Positions 19,821 through 28,796 of a stretch of DNA of 64,000 bases are shown here, one piece after another; the stretch's first letter is position 1, and every line of letters starts with the position of its first letter. The stretch comes from a virus. The notes beneath the pieces are model-generated. The model ran no database searches. It had not been told where the DNA came from and saw nothing but the letters and a program-made list of their open reading frames with translations. Location: IMG/VR virus record IMGVR_UViG_3300023174_000050, positions 96,001 to 160,000 of that record; one strand, written 5' to 3'. The position numbers and the translations under genes were made by a program.

Positions 19821-21187
19821 TGAAAACTTATCATAAGCGTATTGCCTTTTGTTTAAGTGATCAACATACTATTCCTCATGGTGGTCTAGGGCAATTTGCC
19901 AAATCCTTTATTGAGAATTTTGTTCCGCTTGGATATAAAGTAGATATTATATCTGATAAACCTACATCCAATATTGACTTCAAAGCGTATCTAGAAAGTC
20001 AAGGTGCAAATTTTGTTTATCCTTCGGATGTTCGACCATATAGTACACATACCAAAACATTCATGTTTGAGGATTCCTATAACTTTGAAAAGATGAGTAA
20101 TTTTAGAGATGCTATGATGAAAGCTCTAAACACAAATCTATATGATATTATTATTTGTAATACATTAGAATCCTTTCCGGGGATTTATGCTTTAAACATT
20201 CACAAATCAATTCAAGTTATTTACTATACTCACAATGAAAGTATGGTGTTCTTAGATGATAGAACATGGAAGAATGAATTTACAGAATCATTTAATGAAT
20301 TGTTCAATGCATTAATGAAGGTCAAAGGTATAACCATTGGTACACAAACTCTAAGAAATAATTACGAACTTCAAGCACATGGTATTACTAACTCATATGA
20401 ACTTCCTATTCCAATGACTGAAAAAAGTTTATTGGTCGAACATAATAAACCAAGAGAGGGTGTTTTATGGATTGGTCGTTGGGAACCAAGAAAGAATCCC
20501 GAGGAGTTTATTCGTGTAATTAAAGAAACAGGATTGCCTGCAAAAGTAATTACTAATACTAATGGTGCCAAAAAATTTGAAGAAGCCCTAAAAGCAATAG
20601 GTGCTAAATATGAAATAAGGATAGGTGTATATGGTCAGGAAAAAGTTGACTTTATAACAAGTGCTCGAGTTGCATATAATCCTGCAATTAGAGAAAGTTT
20701 TGGATTAGCATTTTATGAATGTATGGGTCATTTACCTACTGTTGCTATAACAGGTATGTCCTGGTTAGATAACTTTGGCAGACACTGGTATTTTTGTGAG
20801 GATAAGAAAAATATCCCATCTTTAATAACTAAACTATATGAAGATTTTGAAAAGTCTGAAGTTTGGTATAGTAAAAATCCATTACATAATATTATTACAC
20901 AACATGAAATGGGTATACAAGCATGGATAGATATTTTTAATTCGTTCAAACCGGTCGAATCAAATTCTATCAGAGCAACGATTAATGAATATTCGGAAAT
21001 TGAATATTCCGAGTTTATTAAAATACTAAATAGGAAAGATTTGTCTATAGATGATGTTAAATCTGTATTGACAAATAAGTACAAATATAATATAATTTAT
21101 ACTGATACGAGCACATACCTATCAAAAGATCCAAACTTTGTACCTAAAGAAAAAGAAACAACTAATTTAGAAAGTCTATTCGCATGA
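19820..21187 (+). CDS. GT-B (GT4-like) glycosyltransferase with C-terminal extension
   Basis: PHGGLGQF, IGRWEPRKN, ESFGLAFYE (E-x7-E); ends LESLFA. Confidence 0.85.
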   Translation: MKTYHKRIAFCLSDQHTIPHGGLGQFAKSFIENFVPLGYKVDIISDKPTSNIDFKAYLESQGANFVYPSDVRPYSTHTKTFMFEDSYNFEKMSNFRDAMMKALNTNLYDIIICNTLESFPGIYALNIHKSIQVIYYTHNESMVFLDDRTWKNEFTESFNELFNALMKVKGITIGTQTLRNNYELQAHGITNSYELPIPMTEKSLLVEHNKPREGVLWIGRWEPRKNPEEFIRVIKETGLPAKVITNTNGAKKFEEALKAIGAKYEIRIGVYGQEKVDFITSARVAYNPAIRESFGLAFYECMGHLPTVAITGMSWLDNFGRHWYFCEDKKNIPSLITKLYEDFEKSEVWYSKNPLHNIITQHEMGIQAWIDIFNSFKPVESNSIRATINEYSEIEYSEFIKILNRKDLSIDDVKSVLTNKYKYNIIYTDTSTYLSKDPNFVPKEKETTNLESLFA

Positions 21188-22473
21188 GCAAAATTTTAGA
21201 ATATGTTATATCTGGTCCTGCATATTTGCGATTAGGTGCAGAACAATGTAATGACCCCGAAACCTTGCAGATGATTCTAGACTTAATTAATAAGACAGTA
21301 CATAAAAAGAACAACCATGAATTTTCTTTATTATATAATGGTTTTACAGAAAAGAATTTCGGTAAAAAATTACAAAAATTTAGACCTGCTATTAAAAATA
21401 TTCATGCTGACTCTGGTGGTTTGCAGATTATTACGCGCGGTCTCCAAAATACGCCTGAGACTCGTAATAAGGTTTATGAGAATCAAGGTGGTTTTGCTGA
21501 TATAGGAATGGCATTTGATGAGATTCCCGTTAAGTCTACTTCTGCAAGTGGCACATCTGCAAAGATTGATACCAAGCGTAGATATGTTGATACGGAAAAT
21601 TTTGAGTCGTATGCGAGAGCAACAGGCAAGAATGTTAAAGATCAAATTTTAAAATTTGATTCTATGAAAAGTAATTGTAGACCCTTTGCTATTTTACAGG
21701 GTTCAGGTGCAGACACTTATGCCAAATGGGCAGAATGTATGTTGGATGAGATTCCAAAAGAACTACATTCTCGCATTGGCGGTGTGGCTATGGGATCAGC
21801 TGCGTTAGGTATGGGGCCACTTGAAGATGTTAAACGAGCATTTTATGTTAATGCTGTTCCATTTGAGAGACCATTTCATTTGCACGTATTGGGAGTTGGG
21901 GCACTTAAACGTATTTTACCTTATCTATTATTTAGTCAAACTGGTCTATATGAAGGCGTAGATATTTCGTATGACTCTACTACACATTCTATGTCATTAG
22001 ATAATGGATTATTTTATTTCTCACACTGCAAGAAAAATAGTCCAAGTGATTATGGCGGTTCTTCTGTTAAGATGGGAAGAGAATATTCTAACATCTATAG
22101 AACAGTAACTGAAGAAATTAATAACGTATGCGGAACAGACTATACTCCAGAACAATATCATAAACTAATGAATATTGCAGTAGGCGAGTATATTGAAAAG
22201 GGTGGAAAATTTATAGATGTGATGAAAGCGCGTCTATCTTTTATTCTAACTAATGTTCATAATTTTACAATGGATGTTTCTGAACTAATGAATTCTAAGG
22301 AAAACTTCTTAAGATTCTGCAGAGATAAAAATTGTGAGAATGAATATTCTACATTATTTGACGTAAAAACCACAGAGGATTTTCTATACTGGGAAAAGCA
22401 TGTTGGTAAATTTATGGATTCGGAGCCAGTCAATTCTGTAGCTCCATCATCACTAGAGGACTTATTTGCATGA
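21184..22473 (+). CDS. dpdA: DpdA-like TGT-family DNA 7-deazaguanine transglycosylase
   Basis: HADSGGLQ, AFDEIP, ILQG, HLHVLGVG, SYDSTTH TGT-barrel motifs; located in the que cluster; ends LEDLFA. Confidence 0.82.
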   Translation: MSKILEYVISGPAYLRLGAEQCNDPETLQMILDLINKTVHKKNNHEFSLLYNGFTEKNFGKKLQKFRPAIKNIHADSGGLQIITRGLQNTPETRNKVYENQGGFADIGMAFDEIPVKSTSASGTSAKIDTKRRYVDTENFESYARATGKNVKDQILKFDSMKSNCRPFAILQGSGADTYAKWAECMLDEIPKELHSRIGGVAMGSAALGMGPLEDVKRAFYVNAVPFERPFHLHVLGVGALKRILPYLLFSQTGLYEGVDISYDSTTHSMSLDNGLFYFSHCKKNSPSDYGGSSVKMGREYSNIYRTVTEEINNVCGTDYTPEQYHKLMNIAVGEYIEKGGKFIDVMKARLSFILTNVHNFTMDVSELMNSKENFLRFCRDKNCENEYSTLFDVKTTEDFLYWEKHVGKFMDSEPVNSVAPSSLEDLFA

Positions 22474-22862
22474 GTATGTTTACATTAAATAAAAGTTATA
22501 TCTGGGTAACCTTTCGTAAAGAAGGTATCCATAAGTATCCTGCTGCCGCAACTGATCCAAAGTTGGCTACAGGCGATTGGTTGGATGTTTCCTTTTTAGG
22601 TACGCCTCATAGGCATATTTTTCATTTTAAAGTTGAAATGCAAGTGTTTCATGATAACAGAGATGTGGAATTTATTCAGGCAAAGCGTATTATGGAACGA
22701 TGGTATTCTGATGGCACATTACAATTAGATCATAAATCATGCGAAATGATGGCAAGAGAATTGTATGCCAAATGTCTTGAGCAATGGCCCTCAAGATGTT
22801 ATACTATAGAAGTATCAGAAGATGGTGAGAATGGTTGTAGACTTGTTTTTGAGGAAAGATAA
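22470..22862 (+). CDS. T-fold QueD paralogue, DpdL-like (putative CDG decarboxylase)
   Basis: LGTPHRHIF (LxxxHRHxF), SCEM, VSEDGENG; directly after dpdA. Confidence 0.65.
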   Translation: MSMFTLNKSYIWVTFRKEGIHKYPAAATDPKLATGDWLDVSFLGTPHRHIFHFKVEMQVFHDNRDVEFIQAKRIMERWYSDGTLQLDHKSCEMMARELYAKCLEQWPSRCYTIEVSEDGENGCRLVFEER

Positions 22863-24043
22863 TGGGTAAATTATATTATATGGGTTTAGAGCCCTATGAA
22901 GGTAGATACACACTACAGTTGCAGCAATGGAACGAGGCAGCATTTAAGCGTCGTGGTATTGATTATGAAATTATTCATGGTGATACTTTAGATGATACTA
23001 AAGCTATTGTTACAGGACAAGTTCTTGATGCACATGGTCGCAGTTATTATTCTTTAACACAGATGGCGAATCTTGTTAAGAAAATGAAGGCAGGAGAAAT
23101 TACTTGGGAGGATAAAATTTTCTTTGAAGATATGTTTACTCCCGGTATTGAGGCATTGCCATATATTATGGATCAGGTTGAATGGCAATATAAACCTCAG
23201 GTATATGTTAGATGCCTTGCACAATCTATTGATCCCGACGATTTTCTCCATGTACATGGAATGAATAGATGGATGTCTTTATATGAGAAGATGACTATTG
23301 AGTTTGCAACTGTTCTTGCTTCCAATGAAGAAATGGTTGCCCATATGAAAATAGCAGGATGGGAAGTTCCAATTTATAATATTTCAGGATTGGCATTTGA
23401 CAAAAATGAAGTTCAAAGTCGTGTTGCAGAAATTAAACCATTCATTAATCGTAAAAAGCGAGTGGTGTTTGCTGCAAGATTTGATCAAGAAAAACAACCC
23501 GGTTTCTTTATGGATTTGGTAGAAGAATATGGTCAAGAACATAGAGATGTGGAATTTGCTGTTTTATCGGGTGGACCTTTACGTAGCAATGCGGAGCATT
23601 ATTTGGAAAGAGCAAGAGAATTAGAAAAGACTGCTAATTTTAAAATATACGAAAATCTTAAAAAGAATGAATACTATGAATTGCTTGCCGATTCTAGAGT
23701 ATTATTTAATTGTGCTTTGCAGGATTGGGTAAGTAATACAGCATCGGAAGCAGATTCACTGGGTACAAATTGTTTATATCCTGCGTATCGTTCTTTCCCC
23801 GAGACATTTGCTAATGATAATGAATGTTTATATATTCCTTGGTCTATGGAAGATGCTAAAGAAAAATTAGATAAACTATTAGTTACTCCTAGAAAAAATA
23901 TGGGTAAGTTATCAGACTGGACATCTGGTACTATTGATAGATGTCTAGATATTATGTTTCCGGATGCAGAGTTTGATTTAAGCTATCAGTGGTATAGAGG
24001 TGCAAATGATTATAGAAACTACACAAAAGAATCCAAATACTAA
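22862..24043 (+). CDS. GT-B glycosyltransferase
   Basis: FAARFDQEKQP, YYELLADSRVLFNCALQDWVSNTASEA (D-x7-E), LYPAYRSFPE. Confidence 0.8.
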   Translation: MGKLYYMGLEPYEGRYTLQLQQWNEAAFKRRGIDYEIIHGDTLDDTKAIVTGQVLDAHGRSYYSLTQMANLVKKMKAGEITWEDKIFFEDMFTPGIEALPYIMDQVEWQYKPQVYVRCLAQSIDPDDFLHVHGMNRWMSLYEKMTIEFATVLASNEEMVAHMKIAGWEVPIYNISGLAFDKNEVQSRVAEIKPFINRKKRVVFAARFDQEKQPGFFMDLVEEYGQEHRDVEFAVLSGGPLRSNAEHYLERARELEKTANFKIYENLKKNEYYELLADSRVLFNCALQDWVSNTASEADSLGTNCLYPAYRSFPETFANDNECLYIPWSMEDAKEKLDKLLVTPRKNMGKLSDWTSGTIDRCLDIMFPDAEFDLSYQWYRGANDYRNYTKESKY

Positions 24044-25046
24044 AGTTATCGTAACAGGTGCCGCCGGTTATATCGGTGGCGCTATTTGTATCGAACTTAA
24101 AAAACAGGGTTATACTGTTATTGGAGTTGATCGAAGAAAGCTACCAAAGCATCTTGAAAAGTATGTAGATACTTTTGTCAATGAATGTTTTACTCACCCG
24201 TTTTCCTTAGAACATCTTGAGAGTAATCCCATTGCAGTTATACATTGCGCAGGAACAAGTTTAGTTGGTCCAAGTATAGAAAATCCTTCGGAATATTATG
24301 ATAACAATGTAGCTAAAACTCTAAAGTATTTAGATTATATTCGTCGTTGGTCATCTATTACCAAATTTATTTTTAGTAGTAGCGCATCTGTTTATGGATC
24401 ACCTGATACCGCAGTTATATTTGAAGGAACAAGAACAGAACCCATTTCTCCATATGGTGAATCTAAATTAATGACAGAGAAAATGTTACATTGGTTTGAA
24501 AAGGCATATGGATTAAATTATGTGTCGTTTAGATACTTCAATGCCTGTGGTGCAGTTGAAGGTGGGCTACATGGACAAGAACCAGGGGCAACGCATATCC
24601 TTGCTAGATTATTTGAAGCTGCAATGTCAAAAGAAGATTTTACTCTGAATGGTGTAAATTTTCCTACACCTGATGGAACGTGTGTCAGAGATTATATTCA
24701 TGTTACTGATATTGCCAAAGCACATATCTTGGCTATTGAGGAAAATATCAAAGGGATATATAATATAGGATCAATAAAAGGTTATTCTAATTTAGAAATT
24801 TTTACGAAGGTTGAAAATTATCTAATAGATGAAGAGTTATTACATGATGGTATTATAATGCATGTCGAAAAAGCACGCGAAGGTGATCCCGCAATGTTAG
24901 TTGCAAATTCTGATAGATTACAAAAAGAATCTTCGTGGAAACCTGAAAGAAATATTGATACAATTATAGATGATCTACATGCATGGTATCTTTCGCCTGC
25001 ATATGAGAAACTACAAAAGAGGTCTCCGGCATTCACCCCTCTCTAA
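24006..25046 (+). CDS. galE: UDP-glucose 4-epimerase-like extended SDR
   Basis: TGAAGYIG, FSSSASVYG, YGESK, FRYFNACG, DGTCVRDYIHV. Confidence 0.9.
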   Translation: MIIETTQKNPNTKVIVTGAAGYIGGAICIELKKQGYTVIGVDRRKLPKHLEKYVDTFVNECFTHPFSLEHLESNPIAVIHCAGTSLVGPSIENPSEYYDNNVAKTLKYLDYIRRWSSITKFIFSSSASVYGSPDTAVIFEGTRTEPISPYGESKLMTEKMLHWFEKAYGLNYVSFRYFNACGAVEGGLHGQEPGATHILARLFEAAMSKEDFTLNGVNFPTPDGTCVRDYIHVTDIAKAHILAIEENIKGIYNIGSIKGYSNLEIFTKVENYLIDEELLHDGIIMHVEKAREGDPAMLVANSDRLQKESSWKPERNIDTIIDDLHAWYLSPAYEKLQKRSPAFTPL

Positions 25047-25086
25047 ATATTCTGCATGTCATCAAACTTACTCAAGGAGGCAAGAG
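25018..25086 (+). ncRNA. Candidate preQ1-I-like pseudoknot riboswitch upstream of queD
   Basis: P1 AGAGG/CCTCT, loop GGCAT pairs with downstream ATGTC, and alternative GTCTCC/GGAGGC pairing hides the SD. Confidence 0.5.
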
Positions 25087-25563
25087 ATGACAAAATTTAT
25101 CTCAACAAAAACTTATAAACAAATAGGACCCGTAGCATATAGACAATGGAGAGCAGATAGTCACTGCAATCTAATTCATGGTTATGCTTTATCTTTTCAT
25201 TTCGAATTCGAATGTGATACTTTAGATGCTCGCAACTGGTGTATGGACTTTGGAGGATTAAAAGATCTAAAACATAATCTAGAAGATTGGTTCGACCATA
25301 CATTACTTGTAGCAGAAGATGATCCTAAACGTGAAGAATTACTACACTTAGGTAAAATTGGTCTTGCTAAAATTACAGAAGTTGAAAAGACAGGATGTGA
25401 AGGCATTGCAGATTTTTTATATGAATATGTAAATACAATTTATTTACCAATGTATGGTAAAACAGAAGCTGAAAGAATCTGGTGCTGCAAGGTTGAAGTA
25501 CGAGAAACAGATTCTAATATGGCAATGCGCGTAGGTCACAGGGAAGATAATGAATTCCAATGA
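25087..25563 (+). CDS. queD: 6-carboxy-tetrahydropterin synthase QueD
   Basis: SHCNLIHGY, MDFGGLK, FDHTLLV, TGCEGIA; GGAGG SD. Confidence 0.9.
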   Translation: MTKFISTKTYKQIGPVAYRQWRADSHCNLIHGYALSFHFEFECDTLDARNWCMDFGGLKDLKHNLEDWFDHTLLVAEDDPKREELLHLGKIGLAKITEVEKTGCEGIADFLYEYVNTIYLPMYGKTEAERIWCCKVEVRETDSNMAMRVGHREDNEFQ

Positions 25564-26038
25564 TAAATCTAATTTACTAAAAGGTCGCAATAGTGTCGAT
25601 GCTAATCTTAGCGGAACCGTTGTTGCATTTTTTAATCGTAATATAAGTGAATATCCTACAGAACAGGGTGCATTTTTTGCACCCGTTGTTGTAGAAAAAG
25701 AAAAAGATATTTCACTCAATATTGCTAAACAACACGCCAAGCAAGAATATGATAGAATCATGGAAATGGTTCGTGTTCTAGAAGAACAGGCAAAACAATT
25801 AGTTAGTAGATTAGACGCAACTGAAGTAGTCCATAAAACAACTTTTTCCTTTACTCCTGTGCACGGCAGGGTATATCATATTTACCACAATGACCACAAT
25901 CAAACAAATCAAATGAGTTTAATTGGTCCGACCGAATGGTGTGCCGGTCCAGGAGAACATTTAAAATTTGTAGTATCTGTTCGTAAAAAAGGTGATTCAA
26001 CTTGGGAATATATAGATGAAGATAGCGTTAGTAACTGA
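25550..26038 (+). CDS. Hypothetical protein (DUF2452-like)
   Basis: YPTEQGA, AKQEYDRIME, FTPVHGRVYHIY; family call from memory. Confidence 0.55.
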   Translation: MNSNDKSNLLKGRNSVDANLSGTVVAFFNRNISEYPTEQGAFFAPVVVEKEKDISLNIAKQHAKQEYDRIMEMVRVLEEQAKQLVSRLDATEVVHKTTFSFTPVHGRVYHIYHNDHNQTNQMSLIGPTEWCAGPGEHLKFVVSVRKKGDSTWEYIDEDSVSN

Positions 26039-27080
26039 CACCCACTTTGGGGCAAGGTCGGATTCTTTACAATTTGATTTATATTTTAAAAAATTTTATA
26101 ATGATATATTTTTCCCCGAATTAGATAAACGGGGAATTAAAGATGTAATACATTTGGGTGATTGTTTTGATCGCAGAAAATATATCAATTTTAATTCTTT
26201 AAAATCTTGCAAAGAATATTTCTTTGAACAATTAAATGTTCGCGGAATTCATATGGACATGATTGTTGGCAATCATGATACATTCTATAAAAATACAAAT
26301 GATGTAAATTCTCCAGAATTATTGCTAGGGGAATATCCCAACTTAACCACATATGATAAAGCTGAAATTGTTAGTTATGACGGATTAAAGATTTTATTAA
26401 TGCCATGGATATGCGCTGATAATTGGGAGCACTCATCTAAACTAATACAAAGCAATATATCAGAAGTTTGCTTTGGGCATTTAGAACTTGCGGGTTTTGT
26501 GATGTTCAAAGGTCAAGATACCCATATAGATCATTCTGGGTTAGATCCTACAATCTTTAAAAATTATAAACTAGTATGCTCAGGACATTTTCATCATAAA
26601 CATGGCAAAGGTAATGTAGAATATTTAGGCAATCCATATCAATTATTCTGGAATGATTTTGAGGATGATCGAGGATTTCATATATTTGATACTAATACAT
26701 TGCAGTTGGAGTTTATAAAAAATCCTTATACTATATTTGAAAAATATTATTACGATGATGAAAAAGAAGATCCATTAACAGTTGATCCTTCTAGATTCAA
26801 TTCAAAACTAATCAAAATTATTGTAGTAAATAAAAAGGACTTTTATAAATTCGACAAATTTATAGAGGCAATTTACAAGGAAAATCCTATTGAAGTAAAA
26901 ATCATTGAGGACTTTTCCGAATTTGAAACTGAGGCATTAGATGAAACTATTGACTTAGAAGATACTATGACATTATTATCAAACTATGTCGATGGTATAG
27001 AAACTGATGCGGATAAAGAAAGACTAAAGAGTATATTAAAAACTCTTTATGTCGAAGCACAACACTATGAGGAAGTATGA
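26016..27080 (+). CDS. gp47: Recombination nuclease gp47 (Mre11/SbcD-like)
   Basis: TDTHFG, HLGDCFD, VGNHD, SGHFHH. Confidence 0.95.
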   Translation: MKIALVTDTHFGARSDSLQFDLYFKKFYNDIFFPELDKRGIKDVIHLGDCFDRRKYINFNSLKSCKEYFFEQLNVRGIHMDMIVGNHDTFYKNTNDVNSPELLLGEYPNLTTYDKAEIVSYDGLKILLMPWICADNWEHSSKLIQSNISEVCFGHLELAGFVMFKGQDTHIDHSGLDPTIFKNYKLVCSGHFHHKHGKGNVEYLGNPYQLFWNDFEDDRGFHIFDTNTLQLEFIKNPYTIFEKYYYDDEKEDPLTVDPSRFNSKLIKIIVVNKKDFYKFDKFIEAIYKENPIEVKIIEDFSEFETEALDETIDLEDTMTLLSNYVDGIETDADKERLKSILKTLYVEAQHYEEV

Positions 27081-28795
27081 TAAGATTTACGAATGTTAGA
27101 TGGAAAAATTTCTTATCCACTGGTGCGCAATTCACAGAAGTAAAATTAGATAAAACAACTACTACACTTATCGTAGGTGAAAATGGTGCAGGTAAAAGTA
27201 CCATTCTTGATGCTATTTGTTTTTGTTTATTCAATAAACCTTTTAGGAATATTAATAAACCTCAGTTGATGAATAGTATCAATGGTAAAAATTTACAGGT
27301 GGAATTAGAGTTTTCCATTGGACCAAAGGATTATAAAATTGTTCGAGGCATTAAGCCTGGTATATTTGAAATCTATGTAAACGGCTCGTTATTAAATCAA
27401 GATGCTGCATCAAAAGATTACCAAAAATATCTTGAGGATGCTATTCTAAAATTAAACTATAAATCATTTACTCAGATTGTTATTCTTGGCAGTGCATCTT
27501 TTACACCGTTTATGCAGTTGCCGTTAAGTCACAGAAGAGAAATTATTGAAGACATTTTAGATATCCAAATTTTTACTGTGATGAATTCTGTTCTTAAAGA
27601 TAAAAATATTGAAATCAAAACTAAAATAACAGACATTGATACTAAAATTGAACTTGGCAAAAACAAAGTTAAATTGCAACAGCAATACATTACAACATTA
27701 GAGAATGACAAACAAAGGAAGGTAGAGGATGTCCAAAAGCGAATACTTGAATCGACTGAAGAAATATCACAGCTTACATTGTTGGTCGACGCTGAAAAAG
27801 AATCGGAAGGAAATCTTAAATCCTCGATACAAGACTCCCCTGAGAAACGTAACCGATATACGGAAATGGGAACTTTACTTAGAAAACTTACCGAGCGAAT
27901 TAAGACACAGGAAAGCAGTATTCAATTTTACCACGAACATGACCTTTGTCCGACATGCAACCAAGATTTGGATGCAAATCTCAAACACTCAGCAATCTCA
28001 CTTCATACACATAAACTCGAGGAAGTACAAGCAGCAATACAAGCCCTTACCGTTCAACTTAATGATACCGAAACTAGACTTAATGAGATTGCTGATATCG
28101 AATCGAAAATCTCTGAACATCAGGGCAATATCATACAACTCAATTCAAGAATCATTGCCGGGCAAAGTTACATTCATAAACTCCAGAGCGAATTGGCAAG
28201 AGACACTACAGATACAACAAACCTGGAAGATGAAAAGAGGAAGCTCAAAACTCTGGCAAAAGAAGTCGTCGCGCATGCAGATGATAAAACGAAGCTTAAT
28301 GAAGATAAACATTACCTCGATATCGCATCCGTACTTCTTAAGGACACCGGCATTAAGACTAAGATCATCCGTCAGTATCTGCCCGTAATTAATAAACTTG
28401 TAAACAAGTATTTACAGGCAATGGATTTCTTTTGTCACTTTGAATTGGATGAAACATTTAATGAATCAATTAAATCTAGACATCGAGATGAATTCTCATA
28501 CGCATCATTTAGTGAGGGTGAGAAACAACGTATTGATTTAGCATTGTTATTTACATGGAGAACAATTGCCAAGATGAAGAATTGTGCTAGCACAAATCTC
28601 TTGTTACTTGATGAGGTTTTTGATTCTTCTTTAGATGCTAACGGTACAGATTACGTGATGAACTTAATAAATACGTTAGGCGAAGAGACTAATGTATTTG
28701 TTATTAGTCACAAGGGAGATCTTCTTTTTGATAAATTTAGAAGTATTATAAAATTTGAGAAGTATCAAAACTTTTCTAGAATACAAGGAAATTGA
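27077..28795 (+). CDS. gp46: Recombination ATPase gp46 (Rad50/SbcC-like)
   Basis: GENGAGKST, CPTC zinc hook, FSEGEKQRIDL, LDEVFD. Confidence 0.96.
   Translation: MIRFTNVRWKNFLSTGAQFTEVKLDKTTTTLIVGENGAGKSTILDAICFCLFNKPFRNINKPQLMNSINGKNLQVELEFSIGPKDYKIVRGIKPGIFEIYVNGSLLNQDAASKDYQKYLEDAILKLNYKSFTQIVILGSASFTPFMQLPLSHRREIIEDILDIQIFTVMNSVLKDKNIEIKTKITDIDTKIELGKNKVKLQQQYITTLENDKQRKVEDVQKRILESTEEISQLTLLVDAEKESEGNLKSSIQDSPEKRNRYTEMGTLLRKLTERIKTQESSIQFYHEHDLCPTCNQDLDANLKHSAISLHTHKLEEVQAAIQALTVQLNDTETRLNEIADIESKISEHQGNIIQLNSRIIAGQSYIHKLQSELARDTTDTTNLEDEKRKLKTLAKEVVAHADDKTKLNEDKHYLDIASVLLKDTGIKTKIIRQYLPVINKLVNKYLQAMDFFCHFELDETFNESIKSRHRDEFSYASFSEGEKQRIDLALLFTWRTIAKMKNCASTNLLLLDEVFDSSLDANGTDYVMNLINTLGEETNVFVISHKGDLLFDKFRSIIKFEKYQNFSRIQGN
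27729..28388 (+). CDS. Candidate overprinted basic protein in the +1 frame of gp46
   Basis: 219 stop-free codons; AAGGAAGG SD 6 nt before ATG; shifted gp46 codon use. Confidence 0.4.
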   Translation: MSKSEYLNRLKKYHSLHCWSTLKKNRKEILNPRYKTPLRNVTDIRKWELYLENLPSELRHRKAVFNFTTNMTFVRHATKIWMQISNTQQSHFIHINSRKYKQQYKPLPFNLMIPKLDLMRLLISNRKSLNIRAISYNSIQESLPGKVTFINSRANWQETLQIQQTWKMKRGSSKLWQKKSSRMQMIKRSLMKINITSISHPYFLRTPALRLRSSVSICP

Positions 28796-28796
28796 A

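Noticed and set aside
19820-24043. GTs as T4-type hmC glucosyltransferases
   Set aside because: No dCMP hydroxymethylase in the window and the GTs are embedded in the deazaguanine operon; cannot be excluded for the rest of the genome
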